A DNA stretch of 64,000 nt from Dendrobates tinctorius (lineage: Eukaryota): positions 13,392,001 to 13,456,000 of the forward strand of contig NW_027361899.1 of assembly GCF_039654945.1 (NCBI RefSeq). Reading direction: 5' to 3'. Under the pieces are notes generated by a model that saw nothing but the letters and a program-made list of their open reading frames with translations, ran no database searches and was not told the origin of the DNA. Shown in pieces: positions 26,065 through 39,746 of this stretch. Position 1 is the first letter of the stretch, and each line of letters opens with the position of its first letter. Both the position numbers and the translations under genes were made by a program.

Positions 26065-29000
26065 TATATATAATTTTTTTTTTTTTTTTTCCTAAAATCT
26101 GACTAACCCTTTCACTCCTGGTTACAGGTGGGCGGCCATGACAGGAGAGTGAACTGCATCCGGTGGCATCAGGAGAACGGTTGCTTGTACAGTTGTTCAG
26201 AAGACAAACACATTGTGGAATGGAACACACAGACCTACAAAGTAAACTGGTGAGCGAGACTCTGGATCGTGGGGCGCACACGGATGGCCGCCACCATGAT
26301 GGGCTCTTACTGCATCCAACAATCCCGCTCAGGTGTTTACAGGATTTCTTGGAAGTTTCCGTGGACTCGCATGTCTTCCATGAACGGGCACTGTGGCATA
26401 TGGTGGTGCTCCTGCTTTGCACTCATTCTTGGGCACTCGGAGCAAGGTGACTCGTGCTCCCATCCCCGTGTCGTATGGGACGCACCATAAATGCCAGCCC
26501 GGTGCACAGCACACGATAATCCAGCGCTGTGGGCAAAGCTTCCTGTGATGACACCAACAATGGTTTCGCTCTATTCTGAATAGAAATGAAGCTACATCCT
26601 CTTGGCTGTCTGAGCGAGTCCATCCCACCCACCGCCGCCACCTTCCCTCCTGCCGCCCCTCGCTGCACACCGCCACAATCCATCCAGCAGGATTTACTGA
26701 CCGCCCTCTCGTTTCTTCTTTTCCCACTATCCAAAGCAAATGGAAAGGCGACAACGGCAGTGTCAGCAGCTTGTGTATCAGCCCAGACGGGAAAATGTTG
26801 CTGTCTGCGGGACGGACGATCAAACTGTGGGATCTGGAAACCAAAGAAGTCACCAGGGTACGTGTCTGCGTCAGATGTGGTGGTGGGGGACGAGGCTCGG
26901 CAGACACACGATGATGGCTGCTTTCGGTAATGGTTATGTAAGCTAAAAAGCACAATACGGTCATGGCCAAGCAAACCCTCTTCTGCAATCACTGTGGATG
27001 TATGGCCTCCATGTTGTCTGTGCCTGGCGATCATCTTACTGCGCCCTAAAAGCCTCGACGTTGCAGTCCGGTCCTTGTCTAATACGTTTCTTCTTTTCAG
27101 CAATTTACAGGTCATTCTGCAGCGGTCACCTCTCTCATGTTCATACCAGTCCGAACATCGGCAGACCCTCGTGCTTCCCCCGACACCACTGGCCTCTACT
27201 TCTTGTCCGGCTCCATTCACGACCGGTTAATAAGTGTATGGTAAGTTTCATACGTGACAGTTTCAAGATCTTTGCTTGCTGTCGGTGAATGAAAGCCTGA
27301 ACTGCACTGCTGCTTCCTCCAATCCTCTCTGCACTAAAGAGCCCGAACTGCACTGATACATTGCAGCAAACAAAACAACACAGAGGCAGAGGACGCCCCC
27401 CCTGATGTCACACTTACATGTAATTGTAGCAAACCAGGATGAGAAGCAAGAAGGTTTCAATCCTTCACAGCAGATTCAAGCAGGGAATTTTTATGGAATA
27501 AACGTGCGCTACCAGACCATCACTCCTCACAAGTTGTGTGGTTAATACATTTATTTCCCTACGCGTTTCAAAGTTAAAAACTTCTTCCTCAGGGGATGAT
27601 ATGACATATCTTGTGAGGAGTGATGGTCTGGTAGCGCACGTTTATTCCATAAAAATTCCCTGCTTGAATCTGAAGATTTATGGCCACGGCGTGGTCATTT
27701 GGATGTGCAGCAAGCTGACCTTTGTTCCTTTATGCCTGATACTCTCCTGCAGAGGGTGAGTATAAATCATTGTCTTATATCTTTGTTTTCTCGGGTAAGA
27801 CCCTATTGCGCTCTTTTTCTTTCAGTTTCTACAATCCTTCACAGCAAGCAGAAATGTGCAATTAGAAATGCCCCCCATATATTTGGTCCTATTATCACTT
27901 TTTTCAATTCTTTTAGGCAAATCCGGACCGAAAAGAGAGAGAAGAGTGCTGTCCTCTCCTTCACACTCACAGAATCTCCTGTCTCTGTAGACCTAGCACC
28001 GTCAAACAGCAAAGAAATGGTAAGATCTCTGCTTCATAACACTCAGTCCAGAGCTGGAGAGTCTCTATCTGCCTCCTCAGGGCTGTCGCCCTGTCTATTA
28101 CGATGACAAAACATCTGTGGGCGCTACTGAGTAGGCAGATCTAACTGTGGTCTGCTGATCTCCCGTGTCCCACCAGTCTGTACTGCTATATAGGACATCT
28201 GTTCTACTAATGACCCTATATGTGATATCACTGCCTCCTGTGTACAAGAATATCACTCCTATAATACTACCCCCTATGTACTAGAATATAACTCCTATAA
28301 TACTGCTCCTATGTACAAGAATATAACTGCTATAATACTGCCCCCTATGTACAAGAATAGAACTCCTATAATACTGCCCCTATGTACAAGAATATAACTA
28401 CTATAATACTGCCCCTATGTACAAGAATATAACTACTATAATACTGCTCCTATGTACAAGAATATAACTACTATAATACTGCCCCTATGTACAAGAATAT
28501 AACTACTATAATACTGCCCCCTATGTACAAGAATATAACTACTATAATACTGCTCCTATGTACAAGAATATAACTACTATAATACTGCCCCTATGTACAA
28601 GAATATAACTGCTATAATACTGCCCCTATGTACAAGAATATAACTGCTATAATACTGCCCCTATGTACAAGAATAGAACTACTATAATACTGCTCCTATG
28701 TACAAGAATAGAACTACTATAATACTGCTCGTACAAGAATGTAACTACTGTAATACTTCCCCTATATACAAGAATATAACTACTATAATACTGCCCCTAT
28801 ATACAAGAATATAACTACTATAATACTGCTCCTATGTACAAGAATATAACTACTATAATACTGCCCCTATGTACAAGAATATAACTACTATAATACTGCT
28901 CCTATGTACAAGAATATAACTACTATAATACTGCCCACTATGTACAAGAATATGACTACTATAATGCTGCCCCTACGGATTTCTCTGGTATATATCACGT

Positions 29001-29382
29001 GCTCGGTCTTATCGTTGCAGCCGGTGAAGTTGGCCGTTGTTTCCAGGGATGGACAGTTGCACTTATTTGAACACACATTGAATGGGTGAGTGATGTATTC
29101 GGTGCTTTAGCGGCTGTTCTTATCGGTGCAGTGTCGTCCTTCGTCTCCTCGTCCTCTGAGCCTTTCCTGCTGGTTGGAAGCACTGGGGAGGTTGAATGTT
29201 ACCCGTGTGCTTCTTGCCCCTTTTGCCCCCACCCACCCTGGTGGGTTTCTCTGGCAGCTGCAGTGATGATACTCCCAATATGTGGTTTCCATTGGCTGAG
29301 TCATATGTGAAGACGACATTTCCTTGGCTGTGTCTGAGCGCTGCCCGTCCCTCCTCTGTACCTAGAGTTTTGTGTTGTTGTA

Positions 29383-29464
<82 letters not shown>

Positions 29465-32400
29465 TTATATCCCTTTCTAGCACCCACAAGAAGCCCCTCG
29501 CTCCGACTTGCACAGTACAGATAGCGACGCCAGGCAATGATGAGGAATCCACGCCAAAGCCGGTGCCCATCCACGCCGCCGGGTTCTGCCCGGACCGGCA
29601 GTCTGTGGTGCTCTATTACGGCAGCACCATGCAGCCGCTGATTGAAAAAGTGGTACGTCATGCAGGGGGCTTAAAGATCCCGTCCAGGTCTTCATCATTG
29701 TGTAGCGGAAATTTCAGCAATTTTCTACAGTGTGTGACAAGTGAATGGAGTGACAAGGGGGGGATTTATGAGAGTGCACCAAAATTATGGCACACAAAGT
29801 AATAAGTGGTGGAAAAACAATCGCTTCGACTATCCGCTAATGAAGTGGAAATATCTCTAATTTTATGGAACTGATACATTGTAATAAGTTCCTCAGCACC
29901 TGATTGTAACTAGAATTAATTGACGTTTCAGCCCAGTTGGGTGGTCGCCGAGCTCGGACCCCCGATAATTCTGTGCCGTGCTGGTCATCGCCTCCTGATC
30001 TCTGTTGTAACTTTCCTGGTTTTTTTTTTTATATAGGTCCTTAAGACTGACGAGCCGCATGTATGTTTAGTCCGAGACATCCAGAAGACACTAACGCTCC
30101 GGAAAGAGATGACTGTGACCAAGGTGAGAGGGTGACACCGTCTGACGCGATCCCATGTCCCCGAGATACATTATGGCTGTGTTCTCGCAGGAGACCCCCG
30201 GCCGGTCCCTGCATCGTGGTCTGTACTCCAGACTAGCTCTTTGCCGCAGTAGATTCCACCTGTCCTTTGTTTACACTTCCTACTGCTTGGGGTGGCTGAT
30301 AACAGGGAGCAGTAGCTTGAATTTCAGGGCTTTTACACCTCCTGCGATGCTGCTCTGTGCAGACTGGCTGTGATGATCTGTAGAGAACGGTTTCGCATCT
30401 TACCTGAATTGCAGTGATGTGTCCTCTCTTGGCTGTCTGAGCTTAGTCTGCATCGGAAACGGGCTTCTGGCACTTGTAGTCCACCTCATGCTTAGGTTGA
30501 CGACGGCAAGGCAGAATTGGAAAGACTCATGGCCACTTTAGTGATGAAGCTCGCAGGTTGTGCTCGTTTCGCATACCAGGAGTCCTCTGGGGCGATTATA
30601 TAAAGTGATCATCTGCTCTTAACAGGTGAAAACTCCAGTTGTCAAACCAGCAGAGACCACCGTACTCGTCCCTGGAATTCCAGGTCACAGCGCCACCACG
30701 ACGGCCGTGGCTTCCAAATCTGACAGGCGGGAAGGAAAAAGGAAACCTGGTGATAAGGAGGTGAGCTGCTTCATAAGGAATCATTAATCCTCGAAAGGCT
30801 TATGAAATTGTACTACTACACCCATTAGATCACTCCTGACTGTATGTCCTCACAAGCCCACTGCACTGCAAAAGTGTCCCCCATATGTATGTCCACTAGT
30901 GAACGCCATGTTTGATTTACAATAATACACCATGTGTAGTAAGTGAAGTTGCATCCATCCTTCTGTATTATACTCCAGAGCTGCATTCACTATTCTGCTG
31001 GTGCAGTCACTGTTACATACATTACATTACTGATCCTGAGTTACATCCTGTATTTTACTCCAGAGCTGCACTCACTATTCTGCTGGTGCAGTCACTGTGT
31101 ACATACATTACATTACTGATCCTGTTTTATACCCCAGAGCTGCACTCACTATTCTGCTGGTGCAGTCACTGTGTACATTACATTACTGATCCTGTTTTAT
31201 ACCCCAGAGCTGCACTCACTATTCTGCTGGTGCAGTCGGTTTTCCCGTGCACACTCCGGCTCTCGCTGTGATGATCTCAGTCTGGTTTCGCTTGTGTCGG
31301 ACTCGTGACGACGCTCCTCTTGGCTGTCTGAGCGGAGCTGTGCATGTTTGTGTGCAGCGGTCTCCAGGGTTGGGTCTTCACCAGTCCTGCGTCTTGGAGG
31401 AATTCTCCATACCCTTCACCTTATTTCTTGCAGATTAGCATTGAGGACAGACTTGGTGCTATGGACATCGACCTTCCTAAACTCCCCTCCAGAAGTGGCC
31501 TCCCGCAGACGGACAGCTTCTCGGTGCTCCTCGTCCAGGGTCTGGAGAGCAACGACTGCAACATCTTGAATGTAAGGATGGGGCAGAGCGCGACCGGGTG
31601 ACTCCTCACTGGCACAGGTGCTTATGTCGCTCCTTCTTTGTGTTTGCAGAAAGTTTTCCAGACGAAGAACGACTCGATGATCAAGAAGACGGTGTCCAGG
31701 ATCCCGGTGTCCTCCATCATCCCACTGGTGCATGAGGTGAGGACATGTGCTAGGATGTAACCGGACAGCGATGCTCGGGCTCTGTGCCGCTGCAATACCA
31801 GAAATGGCCAGTGGTCTCTGGCCCCATTCCTGCGTCTCCAGCTGATTGACAAATACAGTATCTGTTTGTGCTTTTCCTCCCCTTCCCTGGTCCGTACCCA
31901 ATTTTCTTTTATCTGTCCCCTGAGGAGGAACCAAGATGGCAGTGACAGGGGTCTTAACCAGATTTCCGGCTGTCATGGTAGCCCATTGTCCCCAACACAG
32001 TGGGTCATCAACGGGAGCCAGTAACTGCGCCGTGTGAATGCCGCTGTCGATCTCTAACAGCTGCGATCGTAGCTCAGCTCCTGAAGGGGTAGCCGTTATG
32101 CTGTGGGGGTGTGTGTGTGTGGGGGGCCGTCATGCTGTGTGTGTGTGGGGGGCCGTCATGCTGTGTGTGTGTGGGGGGCCGTCATGCTGTGTGTGTGTGG
32201 GGGGCCGTCATGATGTGTGTGTGTGTGTGTGTGGGGCCATCATGCTGTGTGTGTGTGTGTGTGTGGGGGCCGTCATGCTGTGTGTGTGTGTGGGGGGGAG
32301 GCCGTTATGCTGTGTGTGGGGGGGAGGCCGTTATGCTGTGTGTGTGTGTGTGGGGGGGAGGCCGTTATGCTGTGTGTGTGTGTGTGTGTGGGGGGAGGCC

Positions 32401-33955
32401 GTTATGCTGTGTGTGTGTGTGTGTGTGTGTGGGGGAGGCCGTTATGCTGTGTGTGTGTGGGGGAGGCCGTTATGCTGTGTGTGTGGGGGGGAGGCCGTTA
32501 TGCTGTGTGTGTGGGGGGGAGGCCGTTATGCTGTGTGTGTGTGTGTGTGGGGGGGGAGGCAGTTATGCTGTGTGTGTGTGGGGGGGAGGCAGTTATGCTG
32601 TGTGTGTGTGGGGGGGAGGCAGTTATGCTGTGTGTGTGTGGGGGGGGAGGCAGTTATGCTGTGTGTGTGTGTGGGGGGGGGAGGCAGTTATGCTGTGTGT
32701 GTGTGGGGGGGGGGGAGGCAGTTATGCTGTGTGTGTGTGGGGGGGGGAGGCAGTTATGCTGTGTGTGTGTGGGGGGGGAGGCAGTTATGCTGTGTGTGTG
32801 TGGGGGGGGGGAGGCAGTTATGCTGTGTGTGTGTGTGGGGGGGAGGCCGTTATGCTGTGTGTGTGTGGGGGGGAGGCCGTTATGCTGTGTGTGTGTGGGG
32901 GGGAGGCCGTTATGCTGTGTGTGTGTGTGGGGGGGAGGCCGTTATGCTGTGTGTGTGTGTGGGGGGGAGGCCGTTATGCTGTGTGTGTGTGTGGGGGGGA
33001 GGCCGTTATGCTGTGTGTGTGTGTGGGGGGGGAGGCCGTTATGCTGTGTGTGTGTGTGGGGGGGAGGCCGTTATGCTGTGTGTGTGTATGTGTGGGGGGG
33101 AGGCCGTTATGCTGTGTGTGTGTGTGTGGGGGGGAGGCCGTTATGCTGTGTGTGTGTGTGTGGGGGGGAGGCCGTTATGCTGTGTGTGTGTGGGGGGGGA
33201 GGCCGTTATGCTGTGTGTGTGTGGGGGGGGAGGCCGTTATGCTGTGTGTGGGGGGGGGGCGTTATGCTGTGTGTGGGGGGGGGGCGTTATGCTGTGTGTG
33301 GGGGGGGGGCGTTATGCTGTGTGTGGGGGGGGGCGTTATGCTGTGTGTGGGGGGGGGGCGTTATGCTGTGTGTGGGGGGGGGGCGTTATGCTGTGTGTGG
33401 GGGGGGGGCGTTATGCTGTGTGTGGGGGGGGGGCGTTATGCTGTGTGTGGGGGGGGGGCGTTATGCTGTGTGTGGGGGGGGCGTTATGCTGTGTGTGGGG
33501 GGGGGCGTTATGCTGTGTGTGGGGGGGGGGCGTTATGCTGTGTGTGGGGGGGGGGCGTTATGCTGTGTGTGGGGGGGGGGCGTTATGCTGTGTGTGGGGG
33601 GGGGGCGTTATGCTGTGTGTGGGGGGGGGGGCGTTATGCTGTGTGTGGGGGGGGGGCGTTATGCTGTGTGTGGGGGGGGGGCGTTATGCTGTGTGTGGGG
33701 GGGGGGCGTTATGCTGTGTGTGGGGGGGGGCGTTATGCTGTGTGTGGGGGGGGGCGTTATGCTGTGTGTGGGGGGGGGCGTTATGCTGTGTGTGGGGGGG
33801 GCGTTATGCTGTGTGTGGGGGGGGCGTTATGCTGTGTGTGTGTGGGGGGGCGTTATGCTGTGTGTGTGGGGGGGAGGGGCCGTTATGCTGTGTGTGTGTG
33901 GGGGGGGGGGGGGGAAACGACGTTATAATGTTGTTCTAAAATCTATTCAAATGCA

Positions 33956-33999
<44 letters not shown>

Positions 34000-36900
34000 T
34001 GAGACGACTAGTGTTGAGCATTCCGATACCGCAAGTATCGGGTATCGGCCGATACTTGCTGTATCGGAATTCCGATACCGACTTCCGATATTTTTTCAAT
34101 ATCGGAAGTCGGAATCGGAAGTTCAAAGTTGATTGACAGCCTGACGTCATCATGATGCGCGGTGTGTGCGCATCATGATGCGCCGTCATTTCGGGCCTGC
34201 CGGGGGTCTCTGCCGGCCTGCCGGGGGGCTGTGTGGACTGCCCGGGGTCTGTACCGGCCTGCCGGGGGTCTGTGCCGGCCTGCCGGTGGTCTGTGCACCC
34301 TGTGGGGGGCTGTGCCGGCCTGCCGGGGGGCTGTGCTGATGTCCGGGGGTCTGTGCAAGCATCGTCCGATGGGACTACAAGTCCCATCTGGCGATGCCTG
34401 CTACCATGACAGTGATTGACACATTAGCCAATGATGGGACAGTATCCCATCATCCGGCTAATGTGTTAAATGTTAAAAAAAAAAAAAAAAAAAAATACTA
34501 CATGCATGCCACATACATACCACATACATACTACATATATACTACATACATACATACTACATACATACTACATACATACTACATACATACTACATACATA
34601 CTACATACATACTACATACATACTACATACATACTACATGATGCTACATACATACTACATGCTACATACATACTATATATATACTACATGCATGCTACAT
34701 ACATACTACATGCTACATACATGCTACATACATACTACATATATACTACATACATACTACATNNNNNNNNNNNNNNNNNNNNNNNNNNNNNNNNNNNNNN
34801 NNNNNNNNNNNNNNNNNNNNNNNNNNNNNNNNNNNNNNNNNNNNNNNNNNNNNNNNNNNNNNNNNNNNNNNNNNNNNNNNNNNNNNNNNNNNNNNNATAC
34901 ATACTACATACATACTACATGATGCTACATACATACTACATGCTACATACATACTATATATATACTACATGCATGCTACATACATACTACATGCTACATA
35001 CANNNNNNNNNNNNNNNNNNNNNNNNNNNNNNNNNNNNNNNNNNNNNNNNNNNNNNNNNNNNNNNNNNNNNNNNNNNNNNNNNNNNNNNNNNNNNNNNNN
35101 NNNNNNNNNNNNNNNNNNNNNNNNNNNNNNNGCATGCTACATATATACTACATATATACTACATGCATGCTACATACATACTACATATATACTACATGCA
35201 TGCTACATACATACTACATACATACTACATGCTACATACATACCACATATATACTACATACAATACATTCATACAATATGTACATATAACATAGAGTAAC
35301 ATACTTACCAATACTTGTCACATTGTTCCCCGAAGCCATTGTCTTTTACGGAATAAATATTAACATAACAAACCACAAAAATACTCACCCACGATCCGAA
35401 GCAGTCCACGAGTGTGTCCCACGACGAATTTGGGTAGAGAACTGCAGCATCAGCTGTTGCTGCCGTTCTCTACGGGCTGCAGGAATCCAATGACGGAAGG
35501 TAGGTATCCTTCCGCACTGTATTCCTCCGCCACTTAAAAAAAAAAAAAAAAAAGTCCCTAGTCTCACTTTATGCCATTGCTGCGTGGGAATTTCCCACAC
35601 AGCAATGGCATAAAGTGAGACTAGGGACTTTTTTTTTTTTTTTTAAGTGGCGGAGGAATACAGTGCGGAAGGATACCTACCTTCCGTCATTGGATTCCTG
35701 CAGCCCGTAGAGAACGGCAGCAACAGCTGATGCTGCAGTTCTCTACCCAAGATCGTCGTGGGACACACTCGTGGACTGCTTCGGATCGTGGGTGAGTATT
35801 TTTGTGGTTTGTTATGTTAATATTTATTCCGTAAAAGACAATGGCTTCGGGGAACAATGTGACAAGTATTGGTAAGTATGTTACTCTGTTATATGTACTG
35901 TATGTCTATGTATGTATTGTATGAATGTATTGTATGTAGTATATATGTGGTATGTATGTAGTATGTATGTAGCATGCATGTAGCATGCAGTATGTATGTA
36001 GTATGTATGTAGCATGCATGTAGTATGTATGTAGTATGTATGTAGTATGTATGTAGCATGCATGTAGTATGTATGTAGCATGCATGTAGTATGTATGTAG
36101 CATGCATGTAGTATGTATGTAGCATGCATGTAGTATGTATGTAGCATGCATGTAGTATGTATGTAGCATGCATGTAGTATATATGTAGTATGTATGTAGC
36201 ATGCAGTATGTATGTAGTATGCATGTAGCATATATGTAGTATGTATGTAGCATGTAGTATGTATGTAGCATGTAGTATGCATGTTGCATGCATGTAGTAT
36301 ATATGTAGTATGTATGTAGCATGTAGTATGCATGTTGCATGCATGTAGTATGTAGTATGTATGTTGCATGTAGTATATATGTAGTATGAATGTAGCATGT
36401 ATGTAGTATGAATGTAGCATGTATGTAGTATGCATGTTGTATGTATGTAGCATGTAATTTTTTTTTTTTTTTTTTTTTTTTTTCATTCAACACATTAGCC
36501 GGATGATGGGACTACTACTGTCCCATCATTGGCTAATGTGTCAATCACTGTCATGGTAGCAGGCATCGCCCGATGGGACTTGTAGTCCCATCGGACGATG
36601 CCTGCACAGCCCCCCCGGCAGGCCGGCACAGCCCCCCCGGCAGGCCGGCACAGCCCCCCCGGCAGGCCGGCACAGCCCCCCCGGCAGGCCGGCACAGACC
36701 CCAGAGAGGCTGTACAAGGGAAAAACAGGATTTTTCTTATTCCGATACCGGAAGTCCCATAGACTTGAATGGGACTTCCGGTATCGGAATCGGCGATACC
36801 GATACTTTATTTTAAGATCGGCCGATCCATTCCGATCCGATACTTTGAAGTATCGGACGGTATCGCTCAACTCTAGAGACGACCCCTTAAAGACCTGCTC

Positions 36901-39715
36901 TAGGACCTGACAGGAGACACACACATCTCTCCTGATAATTTGCTACAATGTATCAGTGCAGGGAAATGAGCAGAGTGAGTTTGTGTTCTAATGGGGGTTT
37001 TTTTTGTTTTGTTTTTTAGCTCACAAAAAGATTACAAGGACACCCTAACAAGTGAGTAGACTCACCCATCCTGCTCCATGAACCCGATCGGCACACACCT
37101 CTCCTGAAATACTCTGTGCTGCTGTGCATCCTGCTCCATCCACACGATCAGCACACACCTCTCTTGAAATACTCTGCTGCTGTGCATCCTGCTCCATCCA
37201 CACGATCAGCACACCTCTCCTGAAATACTCTGTGCTGCAGAGCACCCTGCTCCATCCACACGATCAGCACACACCTCTCCTGAAATACACTCTGCTGCAG
37301 AGCACCCTGCTCCATCCACACGATCAGCACACACCTCTCCTGAAATACTCTGTGCTGCTGTGCATCCTGCTCCATCCACACGATCGGCACACACCTCTCC
37401 TGAAATACTCTGTGCTGCTGTGCATCCTACTCTATCCACACGATCAGCACACACATCTCCTGAAATGCTGTGCATCCTGCTTCATCCACACGATCGGCAC
37501 ATACCTCCTGAAATACTCTGTGCTGCTGTGCATCCTGCTCCATCCACACGATCAGCGCACACCTCTCCTGAAATACTGTGCTGCTGTGCATCCTGCTCCA
37601 TCCACACGATCGGCACACACCTCTCCTGAAATACTCTGTGCTGATGTGCATCCTACTCCATCCACACGATCAGCACACACATCTCCTGAAATGCTGTGCA
37701 TCCTGCTTCAGCCACACGATCGGCACATACCTCCTGAAATACTGTGCTGCTGTGCATCCTGCTCCATCCACACGATCAGCACACACCTCTCCTGAAATAC
37801 TGTGCTGCTGTGCATCCTGCTCCATCCACACGATCGGCACACACCTCTCCTGAAATACTCTGTGCTGATGTGCATCCTACTCCATCCACACGATCAGCAC
37901 ACACATCTCTTGAAATGCTGTGCATCCTGCTTCAGCCACACGGTCAGCACACACATCTCCTGAAATGCTGTGCATCCTGCTTCAGCCACACGATCAGCAC
38001 ACACATCTCCTGAAATGCTGTGCATCCTGCTTCATCCACACGATCGGCACATACCTCCTGAAATACTCTGTGCTGCTGTGCATCCTGCTCCATCCACACG
38101 ATCAGCACACACCTCTCCTGAAATACTCTGTGCTGCTGTGCATCCTGCTCCATCCACACGATCAGCACACACCTCTCCTGAAATACTCTGTGCTGCTGTG
38201 CATCCTACTCCATCCACACGATCAGCACACACATCTCCTGAAATGCTGTGCATCCTGCTTCATCCACACGATCGGCACATACCTCCTGAAATACTCTGTG
38301 CTGCTGTGCATCCTGCTCCATCCACATGATCAGCACACACCTCTCCTGAAATACTCTGTGCTGCTGTGCATCCTACTCCATCCACACGATCAGCACACAC
38401 ATCTCCTGAAATGCTGTGCATCCTGCTTCAGCCACACGATCAGCACACACATCTCCTGAAATGCGGTGAATCCTGCTTCATCCACATGATCAGCACACAC
38501 CTCTCCTGAAATACTCTGTGCTGCTGTGCATCCTGCTCCATCCACATGATCAGCACACACCACTCCTGAAATACTCTGTGCTGCTGTGTATCCTGCTCCA
38601 TCCACATGATCAGCACACACCTCTCCTGAAATACTCTGCGCAGCTGTGGTGCTCTGACTTCTTTATGCCTCTGCTCTGACGCCGTCCTCTTCTTTCTGCA
38701 GTGCCATACTGATGGTGCGCTGGCTGAAGGCTGTCCTGGTGCATCACGCCTCCTACCTGTCCACGGTAAGTTTGGCGCCTCCTGGTGGCCGCTGGATCTG
38801 TGATTTTCTTCTTTTCCCCGCTGGTCCTGACATCTCTGCTTTCTTGCAGCTGCCGGATTTGGTGCCGCAGTTGGGCGCCCTGTATCAGCTGATGGAGATG
38901 CGGGTGAAGACCCTGCAGAAGATGTCACGTCTGAGCGGGAAGCTTTACCTGCTCATCACACAGGTCAGCGCTCCCGGGGTGGCTGCTCACAGGGCACGGA
39001 CCCCAAGAGCCGGGTTATAAGAGAAGCCTCTGGGGTGGGGGGGCCACGAGGATCTGTCCTTAATGAGGGGCACTACTGTCCACTCTGAAATGGCTGGTAA
39101 CAAAGTAATAGTTTTCTCTGGTCTTTCATGCTCCATGATATAGCTATCTATATCATGGCCGGGGGGGGGGGGAGGTGGGGCACCGTACAGCCTGCACCTG
39201 AGTGTTTAACCCCTTCAGTGCTGCAGGCAGTCACTAAATCAGGGGTATTAGGGTGTGTGCACACGCTGCGGATTCTGCTGCGGTTCCGCAGCGGATTTGG
39301 CCTTGCGGATCCGTAGCAGTTTTTGCTGCGGTGTACAGTACCATTATTCCCTATGGGAAATAGAAACCGCAGTGCAGATGCTGCGGAATTTTCCGCGGTT
39401 TCTAAACCGCAGAAAGAATTGACATGTCAATTCTTTCTGCGGATTCCGCAGCAGTCTACCATCTCCTCCATTGTGGAGATGATAAACCGCAGGGAAAAAC
39501 TGCAGGATAAACCGCAGGTCTTTTGACCTGTGGATTTAGCTGCGGATTTTGAAAATCCGCGTGGATCAATCCGCAGCAGATTCCGCAGCGTGTGCACACA
39601 CCCTTAACGTACAGGACTCGGAACCAAAAAAAAGTGTTTTTCTTTTTTTTTTTGCTAAGTTTGGTGCTACCGTTTTCATACTGACCAAGAATCGTCTATT
39701 TGTTTTTATTTGCAA

Positions 39716-39746
<31 letters not shown>

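Noticed and set aside
32038-34136. 600+ aa Cys/Gly/Val-rich ORFs in all three frames
   Set aside because: Stop-free translation of an intronic G/GT minisatellite.
34394-38620. His/Tyr/Thr- and Cys/His-rich repetitive ORFs
   Set aside because: Simple-repeat and minisatellite translations, partly across N gaps.
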